From contig PDIP01000259.1 in NCBI GenBank assembly GCA_002811645.1, forward strand, positions 9,768-73,767: 64,000 nt of DNA, read 5' to 3'. A model generated the notes under the pieces. That model had not been told where the DNA came from. It saw only the letters and a list, made by a program, of their open reading frames with translations, and searched no databases. A program made the position numbers and the translations under genes. This DNA is from Corallochytrium limacisporum Hawaii. Lineage: Eukaryota > Protista > Pluriformea. Of the stretch, positions 33,172 to 43,872 are shown one piece after another (the first letter of the stretch is position 1; each line of letters opens with the position of its first letter).

Positions 33172-35031
33172 TCAGTCCAGAGTTGGCCGCTTAATTAAGC
33201 GCCTGAGTTCCCATCGGTTGCGCATCCACTCGCTGAATGAGCGACCACGGATGATCCGTTCCTCACTACGCAAATACGCGTGGTAGACCATGAGCCACCA
33301 GTAGCGTTCTAGGTAATTGATGCCACGTATATACCATTCTTTGGCCGGCATCTGCTGGTTCCAAAGGGTCTCCTTGATCTCACGTTCTTCCGGAACTTCT
33401 TGCGTGAGTGCATCAAACTCCCAATTGTTGCCGTAGTCGGCATCTTCTAATCCGCTGTCCACTGATGCAGTATTTTCTACCATCTCCGAGGCTAGTTTGG
33501 CTAGATGGTGCTCCTGTTCATGCCTCTCCGCAAGGATGCCTTTGATTTTGCACTCAAGAATGGCCAGGCGGAGGTTCTGCATTTGTGCGCACTGATCGAT
33601 GGCTTCGTCAACATCATCTTTGATCTCCGTGCCCTGTACAAGGTGATCCACCAAAGCGGTGATTGTTGCATAATTGCCATCTGCGAGTCTTTGAAGTTCC
33701 GCTTCGGTCATGGTGTCGTCTGCAAGCCTGACGAGCTCCTGGTACTGTTTTTGCACTTCTTGATTCCGTTTCTTCATAGCCTGCGCCGTGGTGGTTGAAC
33801 CCTTCGGACGGCCCCGTCGCGACTTGGACTGTCCCAGTGTCGATGGCTGTGTGCGATACTCATCAATGACTTCATGTTCTCTTGAACGACTGCGGGGTTC
33901 AGTGCTATTGACGGCCTCCTTCTGTCCCGAGCCAGCCGTGAACTTCTCAGATGCCGTCTCTTGCACACCCCCCGGGAGAGAGGCTAATTTTTCCTGCGCT
34001 TTCAGATACAGATATCCGCAAACCATGGCCGTTGTGGTTCTTCCACGACCCATCTGGCAGTTAAAGACGAATATTGACTTGCGGGTTGCCTTCATGAATA
34101 CATCTGTGAGGCTATCAAAGGCAGCAGCGTCCGGTCCGGACTCGTCAGTGATTGGAATACGAAAATATCGAATGGGTTTTCCTTGCATACGAAGCCCGTA
34201 GAAGATCTCCCGCACCGTCTTGAAGGCGTCCGGACTGACGACTTCCTCCATTTCCTGGTTGGTCATATCTTCCACCTGATGAATATACTTGAATACATTA
34301 CCATTGCGAATAGCAGCTGCAACAAGGTCGCCCCGCAGTCGTGATTCAAGCCTTTCCAAATCAAAGCCTTCAATACCAATCAAATGATCCAAGTTGATAT
34401 TTAGTGTGTCCGGATCCCGCGGACTGAATGGGCGACCGTTTACATAGCAAATAGGTTCTTCTCGAAGGTTAATCCACATGATTTGTTCGGCTTTGCTGAC
34501 CTGCATGATCCTGTCTACAACATGCGCGATACCAGCATCTGTGGGCTGTGCACATCCCCAGATACGGTTCTGCAGGAGTGATAAATGTCGCAGATTTGGG
34601 GCATCCTTTTTGGTATCTTTTCCAGTAATCTTGTGTATGCCACTGAAATGATCAAATTTCATCAGCTGGTTGAACAGAGCAGGCTCTGAACGATAAATGT
34701 CCACCTGCAAATAAACTCCCGATCCCGGTTCCACGCTAAAGTCTGTCTTATAGAGAGTGCCATGGGCCTGACTAGCATCCTTCATAGCACGCTCGAGCCT
34801 GCCTGTAATTCTTGGCAGGAATGTCCTTTCCAGAAATGTCTGTGCTGATGAGATATCGATGTCCCAGTACATCATACAGGGTCTATCATGTGTACGTGAG
34901 TGTAAAGCTGGGTGGTCCTCGCAAAGTTTTGGTGGCGCAGTGCGTTTTGGGTAGCTATAGCTCCTTTTCAGGCTCCAGGTAGCTCTATGGGCCAAGCTCA
35001 GCTGGCTACCTTTGTGCCACCTTGCCAGCAT
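33172..35031 (-). CDS. Paladin-like (PTP-like inositol phosphatase/phytase family) protein
   Basis: APN.R, G.AQPT, WINLREEP..Y.NG.PF, Y.RIPITD, active site FNCQMGRGRTT, VD.AID.C..MQNLR and YLERY. Confidence 0.85.
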   Translation of the reverse strand: MLARWHKGSQLSLAHRATWSLKRSYSYPKRTAPPKLCEDHPALHSRTHDRPCMMYWDIDISSAQTFLERTFLPRITGRLERAMKDASQAHGTLYKTDFSVEPGSGVYLQVDIYRSEPALFNQLMKFDHFSGIHKITGKDTKKDAPNLRHLSLLQNRIWGCAQPTDAGIAHVVDRIMQVSKAEQIMWINLREEPICYVNGRPFSPRDPDTLNINLDHLIGIEGFDLERLESRLRGDLVAAAIRNGNVFKYIHQVEDMTNQEMEEVVSPDAFKTVREIFYGLRMQGKPIRYFRIPITDESGPDAAAFDSLTDVFMKATRKSIFVFNCQMGRGRTTTAMVCGYLYLKAQEKLASLPGGVQETASEKFTAGSGQKEAVNSTEPRSRSREHEVIDEYRTQPSTLGQSKSRRGRPKGSTTTAQAMKKRNQEVQKQYQELVRLADDTMTEAELQRLADGNYATITALVDHLVQGTEIKDDVDEAIDQCAQMQNLRLAILECKIKGILAERHEQEHHLAKLASEMVENTASVDSGLEDADYGNNWEFDALTQEVPEEREIKETLWNQQMPAKEWYIRGINYLERYWWLMVYHAYLRSEERIIRGRSFSEWMRNRWELRRLIKRPTLD

Positions 35032-35807
35032 TCTTCAGTTTCGCTGGTCTTGCCTTCGGTCTAAACTTCCATGTCAACTGTGTCTTTTACAACTAGCAAC
35101 GTGATCACACGAAAAGGAATTAAAATACGAACAATGGTTATCTACCAATTTTCCTACTTGTTGGAGTATCCAGGTTCCGATGTCATAGCTTCAAGTACCC
35201 CAAGTCACTTGAGACCCGCACAGGAGACTTGCGGAAGTGGGTAGGTCACCGCAATAGTTTGTGGTTAATGAGCCTGCCAATGCCTAAGGAATTCCCAGCC
35301 CAAACAAACAGGAAGAAAAAGAACCTAACCCTCACCCCTCCGTCTATTTTGCAGTTTCGAACTCGTCGACGTCCCGGTTGTTTGGGTATGAAGAAGTGGT
35401 TTCGTTTTTGCACGAAGTGGGTTTCTACGATTTCTTGATTGATTATGCAATCCAGTCATTTTTCTTGCTCTATCACGTATGGACGGTCCAGCGACTTTGA
35501 TTATGAGCTGAACCATTTTTAGTATGGGAAAGCGCCCGCTTTGATTCTGTCGGTGGAATACACCCGGCGAGGTCAAGGCGCGAAATGTTCGGATGGTTAA
35601 GATGGGGTGCTTGTCTTAGCGGGACTGTGGTGTAGGGGCCACCGTAGTGCGTGTATACCAAGGCCCTAGGTTCGGTTTACCCTAGTATGCATTCACCGAA
35701 CACATCGCTGACACAACTGGGGTATTTAGACCTTAACCTGCAAAAAGTTGACACATTTTAATTCATGCTTATATAATTTTGTAAAATCGAAAGAAGACAT
35801 ATACGCG

Positions 35808-36992
35808 ATGCCAGGCATGACGACGGCACAGTCATTGGCAACTACGCTTGGTATTCAGTTCGACGACGATGAGTTGGAGGCTGAAACCGCTCCCGAGCAC
35901 CACGAATTACCAACAGAGCAGGAAAGAAACACTGAAAGTAACCAGGAAAATGAAAATGATGAGAACATTGAATTGATCCGTGCCGAAGACGCAAACAAGG
36001 AGGACGAAGCGAAACCAGTATTCAAGAAACTGCGTCGACCAACTCCGAAGATCGATCTGGATATGCTCGAAAGTAGCAACGGCATCCCATTGCTTTTGAA
36101 GACCATGGAAAAGGAAAAGTTTGGAGGACAGGGCTATGAGAGGAAGGATCTTTCAAAACTTATGGGTATCTATCAGGCATGGGCTGACAATTTGCAACCA
36201 CGCTTCACATTCGCCAGTTCGATTGGAGCAATTTATAAAATTGGCCTAACTGCAAATGGACGGTCTGCAATGCAACAGATGCGGTACACCTATGAACAAG
36301 ATGGTAAATTAGAGGGCAACATGGTACAGCAACTAGAAGGTAATGCGAAGGAGGACGCCGTGCGCGCCTCTGAAGTCATGGACGAGGGCGATGACTTCGG
36401 TGCCTGGGGCACAGGCGGCGATGAAGTCGAACGGCAAACACCAAAAGTGAACCCTGTTCAGGAGGATACCAGGCGCTTGCAACACTTGGAGACTCTTGCT
36501 GATGACATGATCACGATGTCAGAGAAGATTGAACGAAACCGGTTGCGTGCTATGGCCAAAAAGCGGCAAGCCGCGCAGGCACGGGCCATAAAGGCCGCGG
36601 AAGAGGAAATGCGCCGTGCCCAGGCTGCAACTCAGAATCAGGAAGCAGAAATGGATGTTGATGAAGGTGATCTTGCTGAAATGTGGGCAATTGCAGATGA
36701 GCAGGCTGGAGCTGCTTGCACTACAGAAATAATTGAGCCCACCAAGGCGACAACAAGCACATGTGAAGCTGTGTCGGAGGGAAACGAAGCGCCTGTTCCA
36801 CGGGCCGCTGAGCCAGCAAAGATGGAGTCGGTAGCACAAGAAACCAGAGCAGAGCCTGTGAGAAATGTAACACCTACTATCGAAATCCCGGTTGAAGTTT
36901 CTAAGGAAGCAATGGACACAAATACGAACGAAGGCGAGAACACGGATCCCAACACCATCGCTGTAGCCATGGACGCTGTGTCTGTAGAATAG
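35808..36992 (+). CDS. TIPIN: TIPIN/Swi3/Csm3 replication fork protection protein
   Basis: Swi3 domain (R..PK.D...L....G.P.L...G.G.E..DL..L...Y..WA..L.P...F) and an RPA32-binding-like motif EKIERNRLRAM. ATG at 35808. Confidence 0.85.
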   Translation: MPGMTTAQSLATTLGIQFDDDELEAETAPEHHELPTEQERNTESNQENENDENIELIRAEDANKEDEAKPVFKKLRRPTPKIDLDMLESSNGIPLLLKTMEKEKFGGQGYERKDLSKLMGIYQAWADNLQPRFTFASSIGAIYKIGLTANGRSAMQQMRYTYEQDGKLEGNMVQQLEGNAKEDAVRASEVMDEGDDFGAWGTGGDEVERQTPKVNPVQEDTRRLQHLETLADDMITMSEKIERNRLRAMAKKRQAAQARAIKAAEEEMRRAQAATQNQEAEMDVDEGDLAEMWAIADEQAGAACTTEIIEPTKATTSTCEAVSEGNEAPVPRAAEPAKMESVAQETRAEPVRNVTPTIEIPVEVSKEAMDTNTNEGENTDPNTIAVAMDAVSVE

Positions 36993-37497
36993 AAAAGACT
37001 TATCACAAATTTTACATACCCTCATTCATCCAATATATTTCTCATAAAAGAATTGCAATCCATGAAATGATATTTTTTACCTCTCCTTTGTTTACTGGAA
37101 TTGGCTTGCGAATCCATTTTTATATTTATACGGACGGCTTTAAAATAAATGGGCCCCCTTTAACCGGTTCCTTACACAGCCACGCAGCTCCAGGGGCCTC
37201 TCCCTCTCCTTTGGGACCAACGCGAGACCCGCGTGGATTTCTGGCTGACCCGTGGGCGAAGTCGCGCCTCTACGGGCCAGCTTGAAGGCAGTGTTGTCGT
37301 CCAACTGGTAGCCTTTCCACAAGGGGGTACAATTATGTCTGCCAACCCATGTGATTTTGTTTGGCGCTGGAAGGGTATTTATTGGTACTTATGGTCTGAG
37401 ACTCACTGGGTACAAAATGGTTTTGAATCATGGCACCGTTCGAGCAAACAGGAATTTCTGAATTTGCGTGTACACGCAGAAAGTGCAGTAATCAGCC

Positions 37498-39246
37498 ATG
37501 ACGAAGTTACAGAAGAAGAAAACAGGAAAGGCCACCGGCTACATCAGCCGGAATCAGGCCCTGAAGAAGCTGCAAGTTAGTTTGCCCGATTTTCGCCGCC
37601 TATGTATCTTGAAGGGAATCTATCCCCGGGAACCTAAGAACAAGAAGAAGGTCACGGGAGGGTCTACAGCTTTGAAAACGTACTACCATGAAAAAGATAT
37701 TCGGTTCCTTATGCACGAACCGATTCTAGGGAAGTTTCGAGAATTCAAAGCATTCGTGAAGAAACTGAAAAAAGCGGTTGCCAAACATGAGCATGAGCTC
37801 GCAGAGTCCCTAGAGGGTCGTCAGCCCGTCTACAAATTGGATCACCTCGTGCGTGAGCGGTACCCTTCCTTCGTGGATGCCATCAAGGACTTGGACGACG
37901 CCTTATGTATGATTTTCCTTTTCCGCAAGATGCCCCAACATGACCACATTGAAGCCAAAGTGGCGAAGGACTGCGAACGTCTTGCTAATGAATTCATGTA
38001 CTACTGCGTGAGTGCCCGACGTATCCGTAAAGTGTTCATTTCCATCAAGGGCTACTACTACCAAGCAGATATCAAGGGTGTCCCTGTGACATGGCTGGTG
38101 CCGCACTACTTCTCACAGTCAGAGGTGCCGATTGATGTGGATTTCCGTGTCATGCTTACCTTCCTAGAGTTCCAACGCACCTTGCTGAGCTTTGTGAATT
38201 ATAGACTTTACAAGGACCAGGGACTGGCGTACCCGCCTAAGTTTGACGCAGACCGTGTTGATGCGGCTGGTGGTTTCAATGCTATGCAGACCGAGAAACT
38301 GGGAAGCGCCTCCCTTGAGACCAAGAAGACCACGGTCAAAGTGGCCGCGACAGTGGACGAAAATGACGAGCAGGTTAAAGAAAGCGAAGAACGGGTCAAG
38401 CAACTTGAATTTGCCATGAGTCACATCACTGAGAAGGACGAGAAGGAGGCCACCAAGACCTCTACAACTGGAGCAGACAAAGATGAAGGAGACGACGACG
38501 AAGGGTTTGAGGAAATGGAAGGCGACGATGCGGAAACGTATCGAAAGGCCAAATCCCTGCAAGCCGAAAAGGAGCGGAAGCGAACACTGTTTGAAGGTCT
38601 CCGCCTGTACATCAGCCGTGAAGTCCCTCGTGAACCTTTTGAGTTTGTTGCTCGCAGCTTTGGAGCTCAGGTTGGCTGGGCTCCCACCGCTGGCGGCCAT
38701 ACGCCTTTCAGTGAGAACGATGGCTCAATCACGCACCAGATCATTGACCGTCCTGCAATCCTCAACGACCGCCCTGGACGGGCCTACATTCAGCCACAGT
38801 GGGTCTTTGACTGTGTAAACACTGGTAAACTGCTTCCAGTAGAGCAGTACAAACCGGGCGCACTGTTGCCACCGCATCTGAGTCCATTCGTCGAGGAGAG
38901 CGCCTTCGAATATGTGCCTCCGGAGCGGCGCGCTGAACTGGACGATGATCTCCTCCCAACCGAGGAGCGTGAGGCCAAGAAGGCTGCCGAGAAAATCGAG
39001 AAAATCGCCAACGCAGAGGACGAGGAGATTACAGAGCTGCGCAAGAGTATGATGAGCAAGAAGCACCGCCGTCTGTACGATCGCATCATGTACTCCCGCA
39101 GCGACAAACAGGCTAAGGCTGAGAAGCTGACGAAGAAACGTGAGGCTTATGAAGCGAAACAGAAACAAGACGCTCTCGCTGGCAACATGGCCACTAAGCA
39201 GAAAGTTGTCAACGCTAGTGGAAAGAAAAGTGCGAAGAAGAAGTGA
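37498..39246 (+). CDS. PES1: Pescadillo/Nop7 ribosome biogenesis factor
   Basis: YISRNQALKKLQ.SL.DFRRLCILKGIYPREP, BRCT domain (REVPRE, QPQWVFDCVN) and LPPHLSPF. Confidence 0.97.
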   Translation: MTKLQKKKTGKATGYISRNQALKKLQVSLPDFRRLCILKGIYPREPKNKKKVTGGSTALKTYYHEKDIRFLMHEPILGKFREFKAFVKKLKKAVAKHEHELAESLEGRQPVYKLDHLVRERYPSFVDAIKDLDDALCMIFLFRKMPQHDHIEAKVAKDCERLANEFMYYCVSARRIRKVFISIKGYYYQADIKGVPVTWLVPHYFSQSEVPIDVDFRVMLTFLEFQRTLLSFVNYRLYKDQGLAYPPKFDADRVDAAGGFNAMQTEKLGSASLETKKTTVKVAATVDENDEQVKESEERVKQLEFAMSHITEKDEKEATKTSTTGADKDEGDDDEGFEEMEGDDAETYRKAKSLQAEKERKRTLFEGLRLYISREVPREPFEFVARSFGAQVGWAPTAGGHTPFSENDGSITHQIIDRPAILNDRPGRAYIQPQWVFDCVNTGKLLPVEQYKPGALLPPHLSPFVEESAFEYVPPERRAELDDDLLPTEEREAKKAAEKIEKIANAEDEEITELRKSMMSKKHRRLYDRIMYSRSDKQAKAEKLTKKREAYEAKQKQDALAGNMATKQKVVNASGKKSAKKK

Positions 39247-39325
39247 AATTGTCACCAACGTATATCATTCAAAGTAGAAATAGAAATGATCTAGTCTTTT
39301 TAAAGTATGACACTTGTGCTTCGCC

Positions 39326-40636
39326 TCATTCTTTATCAGTGCCGCTACGGTTCTTCCACGCACTTGAATTGCTTGGACTCTCCCGTCCAGACCCGGTCAA
39401 TTTACCTTTAGCTGCTGCTATCTGCGCCTGTTGCTGTTGCTGCCGTGCCGCGGCCCTCTGCTGCGCACTGACTGTGTGCTGCGCCAACTTTTGGTACGCG
39501 CCTGCGGCCGGTCTCATCGGTGCATGCGTGGGCCGGCTAGAAGTGGTGTCAGACCCGCCTGCGGCACCGCTAGTGCCACTGGCGGGTGACACACCAGACT
39601 GCGCCGTGGCGGTCCCGACACCAGCTCTCTTGCCACTGCGGAAGTGGCTGCGCAGGTGTGTATCGACGCTCCGTCCGCGAATGTCGCTTCCGGAGCGCAG
39701 TCCTCCGTCCCGCCCTAGTGGCTCAGAATCCGGGATTATGCCCCCTCGGTACATTGGCCGCAAAGGAGGTGGGCTGAATTCATCGTCCCCAAAGCCTGCA
39801 GCCATCGGGGTCGAGGCCGGAGTGATGGATGCGGCGTGTGGGTCAACCGCTGTGTAGTCTTTTCTCCCTGCCGGTCGACTGGTGGAACTGTCGGATCGAT
39901 TCTGTGTTTCGTCGGTAGCGCTAGTATCTGTGTTTGTAGCCGTATTGCCAACTCCAGTGCCTCCCGGACCATTGTTGCTATTGTTGTTGTTTCCTCCGTG
40001 CATAGCACTGCTAATTGCATCGAGTTCCAGGTTGGGCAGCAGTTCATCGAGCTCGAGGAGGGCAGGTGAAACCAGTACGCTCCGCATCGCTTCATTGTTC
40101 TGCTGGAACTTAGACAGTAGCGTGGAAGGCATATCATTTTCGTACTTTTCACATGCTGAAGCCAAAGAAAGCAGTGAGACTTGAATAGTTCGCTTGCGCC
40201 GAATGATCTGAGAGTCACCTGTTCCTTTGAACGGACTGGTTGCCAAAGTGGAGCTACTGTTCGTGGTCACACCGCTGACAGTAAGGTCCTCAGTGGCCAA
40301 TTCAAGGGACCGCCGGCGATCTCTTGCACTTGCTGTATTGTAAATATTAGCGCCTGTCAAATGAATGAGATCGGCTCCCTGTTCGATCTTGACCCGCTCA
40401 ATGCCTCTGATCTTTGCGTCTACTGTCAGTTGTACAATCACCTCACTGCCTTCAAGTCGTTCTTCAGCCGGATACGGATCGTCCTCGTTCAGAACAATCA
40501 GATTGCAAGGTAAATTATGTCCCTGGCTGTCCACTACCGATAGGACAATCTCACTATCCGCAGTCTGCCCTTCAGTATGAGCGTTCGGCCACACTACCTC
40601 CGCTTGTTGAGGAATCTGGTCCCCTGTGTCCGCCAT
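39326..40636 (-). CDS. Uncharacterised protein, 436 aa, with an ordered N-terminal half and a disordered S/T/G/Q-rich C-terminal half
   Basis: Long ATG-initiated ORF with natural composition that fills the space between PES1 and SLX4. No family recognised. Confidence 0.7.
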   Translation of the reverse strand: MADTGDQIPQQAEVVWPNAHTEGQTADSEIVLSVVDSQGHNLPCNLIVLNEDDPYPAEERLEGSEVIVQLTVDAKIRGIERVKIEQGADLIHLTGANIYNTASARDRRRSLELATEDLTVSGVTTNSSSTLATSPFKGTGDSQIIRRKRTIQVSLLSLASACEKYENDMPSTLLSKFQQNNEAMRSVLVSPALLELDELLPNLELDAISSAMHGGNNNNSNNGPGGTGVGNTATNTDTSATDETQNRSDSSTSRPAGRKDYTAVDPHAASITPASTPMAAGFGDDEFSPPPLRPMYRGGIIPDSEPLGRDGGLRSGSDIRGRSVDTHLRSHFRSGKRAGVGTATAQSGVSPASGTSGAAGGSDTTSSRPTHAPMRPAAGAYQKLAQHTVSAQQRAAARQQQQQAQIAAAKGKLTGSGRESPSNSSAWKNRSGTDKE

Positions 40637-41236
40637 TCTCGCTGCTTTGCAAATGGCAGTCCAACCCCTCCGTCATATTCCCTACTCTGTTGTTATCTTC
40701 ACAAAGAATCCATTAACAGACTATGGTCAAGAGACCTAGATCGGGAAGTCCGACACCGAAATACCATCCAGCCCGTAAGGAACCGTTTGACCATTCAAAC
40801 CTTCTGCGGCATCGCACCCGGGTTCCAACAACAGCTTGGCTTGGCTTGGCTGTTTCCACGGCACTAAAATAGACTCCTGATTCCAGCTTTAGTACCCAAC
40901 GTACGGGACTCAATATGGTTTTGAGGGTTTCAGTTAGTCTTTACATCGCGAAACTATAGTACTGGTACTGTAGAAGTACTGAGCTCAGCGTAAAGCCCTC
41001 CCCCTCAGGGGGATAAATTGTGGGCGCGAAGAACTCAAAGGGACTGACGAGCCCTGGTTGTGGGTCCATCGGAACGAAAGGTACCTTGGGCTGTGCATCA
41101 GGTAATTAAATCACCATTCAGGTGTTTGTAAGCATGAAGTAGATGGGCCGGACGATTTCTTCCAGAACCAAATTTATTTCGGGAAGAGCAGAACATGTCT
41201 GAACAACAGTGCGAACGACTATGACACAGAAGCAAG

Positions 41237-43489
41237 ATGCCTACACCTACGCGGTCCGGGCCACTTGGCGACGTGAATGGCCGACACAAGCAGCCAAAGG
41301 CCGCTAAAATGCAGGATGAGATCTTGATCATTGACGACAGTTCGGACGAGGGAACCCCTGAACGGGCCAAGAGCAGAAAGCTACCAAGGGCTGTAGAGAA
41401 CACTCCACCCGCACACGGTGCAGAAGCCGTTCCTGCTACTCCAGCAAAATGCCCAGGGTGCAACAAAGGTATTCAAAGGTTTAGCCCTATGGCCCGTAAC
41501 CTTCATGTTGAGCGGTGTATTGAAGGGACCAGAACTCAAGAAACGCCGGAAAGCACACAAGGACAGGAGCGCGCTTGCGTGATCTGCACTAAAGATCTCA
41601 GCGGGTATTCGCCACGCGGTCGCGCACACCATGTTAATCAATGCACAATGGTAAACTACGAATATGGAAGAAACTCTTCCATCAGTGACGCAGGGCTGTC
41701 ACAAACAAAGAATCGCGTCAAAGGGCATGCTCAGTGTCCCAATTGTCAGAAACAGATCATCGTGTCAGACGTCGCAAACATGCAGGATTTTGGCAGCCAT
41801 CTGCGAAAATGTTGTAAGAACATGAGCGCTCAGGAGCGCATTCGAATCCTGAGGCAGGAAAAACTGCGCTTGGATGCAGAGGCACAGAGTATGGCAGAGG
41901 CAGTGGCCAGAGAGGCTAGTCGTCCAGTGGAGCACCGAGACTCCTTCCGCACGGTAAGACCACAAAATATCGTAATCCCGCAGACTCCCGTGGACGACGG
42001 AAGGATCGGTGCAGCAGCCACTCCGGACACTATCGAGGGACCGTCCAACGAGGCGGAACAAGAGCGTCTACGTCGGGCAAGTCTGTTGGTGCAGCAAGGA
42101 CCCGCTACTACCCCATCCGCATCAACTTCCATTCGACCTGTGGCAAAGTCGAAAGTTCAGGGTGGTAGCAGTGCTCTCGCACAGGCAAAGGCCCTCTCAG
42201 CGTCATTGGTGACTCACGCTCGGGAGGAAGCGCGGCGGCAGCAGGAACGTGATGGCCTGTGTGGTCCTCTCCGTTACTCTAGCACAGAGCGTGAATCTAT
42301 TTCACAGGCTCGACACAAGGCTATAATTGATGCTGGTACCACGGACCATGACGTCGATGACACAATGGGAAAAGAAAATCAAGGGTCGTCGACGCTGTAC
42401 AAAGCATCCACTGCGTGTACGACACCACAGAAGACCATGGTACGCGATGGTACTCTTCGAAGCCTCCGTGTCTGGTACCGGAACGCACTGGTAGATGCCC
42501 GCGCGGCGCACACCAAGCGGGTGGCAGAGATGGAACGGTGCTATCGTAGGGCAGTTAAACAGGCAAGAATTGACCTATACCAGCATGGGGCAGACACAAA
42601 GGGGTTCGAAGAATTGGCCCTAAGCTACGTCGGGGCACCTGATGCGAAGGAAATGTTTTGGGAAAGTCTCAACAACATCCAGGGCGCCGACGCGGCCGGT
42701 GACTTGCAAGACAGGGTCACGCTGACTGGCAAGAGAAACAACATGTTGCAGGCTGATGCCCTGTTAGTGCGCAAGGCGACAACAGGAAGTCACAATGGTC
42801 AAAGTCGTGCTGTAAGTGGTTCTGGTATGAGTGCTAGTCAACCTAGCTCCTTCCAGCCTCTCATGACCCCAACACGGGAAAAGACTATGTGCCATCCCAG
42901 ATGTCTAGACAATGAAGAGAACCAAAGACCGAAATTGGACACATCTGACATCATTCGTTTTGGTAGCTGCAGCAGTGATGACGAGGATGGCGAGGCCGCG
43001 AGCGAGCTTGAGATCATCGACGAGGAGACGACTAACGCGGGGCGAACTATTGCGACGAACCCAACAGCTACTCTGCCAATCACCATTGATGAAGACGATG
43101 GCAGTGATCATGGGGACCTCTACTCTGAGGACCTCTACTCGGAGACACAGGGCGGATTTCCGGATACTGCCCTAAACCAAAGCAACGTCAGCAGCGTCAG
43201 CAGTGCAATATCTATGGATTCTGCTGCCTCTGGTACTGGAAGCAATAAGGCCCGCACCATTCGTGACATGGACGAGCTACGTAAGGAATTCCATCGATTT
43301 GTCAGGGCACATCCGGACCTTTACCAGCAGATGCTAGAGTTTCGAGACCTCAAACTCGAAGATGTTCAACGTCAGTTCAAGGCCTTCGGCGTACGGTGTG
43401 GAAAGGTAAAGTTGCAGCGCCTGTTTGAAGAGGAGAACATTGTTCACCACCAGGCTAGTGTAGAAGCCAGACATGGTAACAGGGAGTAA
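41237..43489 (+). CDS. SLX4: SLX4-like structure-specific endonuclease scaffold
   Basis: Three N-terminal C2HC (UBZ-type) fingers, SIM-like motifs (ILIIDD, LEIIDEE, ITIDED) and a C-terminal SLX1-binding domain (F.R..P.LYQ.ML.F..L.LE...F...G.R.....L..F....I). Confidence 0.75.
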   Translation: MPTPTRSGPLGDVNGRHKQPKAAKMQDEILIIDDSSDEGTPERAKSRKLPRAVENTPPAHGAEAVPATPAKCPGCNKGIQRFSPMARNLHVERCIEGTRTQETPESTQGQERACVICTKDLSGYSPRGRAHHVNQCTMVNYEYGRNSSISDAGLSQTKNRVKGHAQCPNCQKQIIVSDVANMQDFGSHLRKCCKNMSAQERIRILRQEKLRLDAEAQSMAEAVAREASRPVEHRDSFRTVRPQNIVIPQTPVDDGRIGAAATPDTIEGPSNEAEQERLRRASLLVQQGPATTPSASTSIRPVAKSKVQGGSSALAQAKALSASLVTHAREEARRQQERDGLCGPLRYSSTERESISQARHKAIIDAGTTDHDVDDTMGKENQGSSTLYKASTACTTPQKTMVRDGTLRSLRVWYRNALVDARAAHTKRVAEMERCYRRAVKQARIDLYQHGADTKGFEELALSYVGAPDAKEMFWESLNNIQGADAAGDLQDRVTLTGKRNNMLQADALLVRKATTGSHNGQSRAVSGSGMSASQPSSFQPLMTPTREKTMCHPRCLDNEENQRPKLDTSDIIRFGSCSSDDEDGEAASELEIIDEETTNAGRTIATNPTATLPITIDEDDGSDHGDLYSEDLYSETQGGFPDTALNQSNVSSVSSAISMDSAASGTGSNKARTIRDMDELRKEFHRFVRAHPDLYQQMLEFRDLKLEDVQRQFKAFGVRCGKVKLQRLFEEENIVHHQASVEARHGNRE

Positions 43490-43844
43490 AGCCATGTCGC
43501 ATGGCGACCAGTGTGTGTTTTTCAATAAGGAGAATCGTACATGTACATAAACTGTTTATAATTGGCTACTCTGGCTGCCCAAGAATCGCCTCTGTGCGCT
43601 GACATAAAGACTGGTTTCCAGGGGATTCCGGAACGGAAGGGGACCTGTGCTCAACAATGTCGGCAAGAGGTGTGCGACAGTTTTGTGTGGTGTGTCCTTC
43701 GATGACAATGGAGCCTTCGTAGCAGACAGTGACGACAGTTCGATGGTCTGTCATAAATTATTTGGTTGGTGACGGTGTGGCTTCAGTGTACATCGCCGTA
43801 CCACCGGGCGCATGTGCCTAACGGATGCCGGTCAGATCAGATTG

Positions 43845-43872
43845 CCCTAACCTTAGGGTCAGAACCTTAGGG
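43845..43872. promoter_or_regulatory. Inverted telomere-like repeats CCCTAA-CC-TTAGGG with a direct repeat of AACCTTAGGG
   Basis: Read directly from the sequence. Function is inferred. Confidence 0.4.

Noticed and set aside
35322-35332. AACCTAACCCT as a telomerase RNA template
   Set aside because: It is not a clean 1.5-repeat template and I saw no supporting structure. A promoter telobox explains it better.
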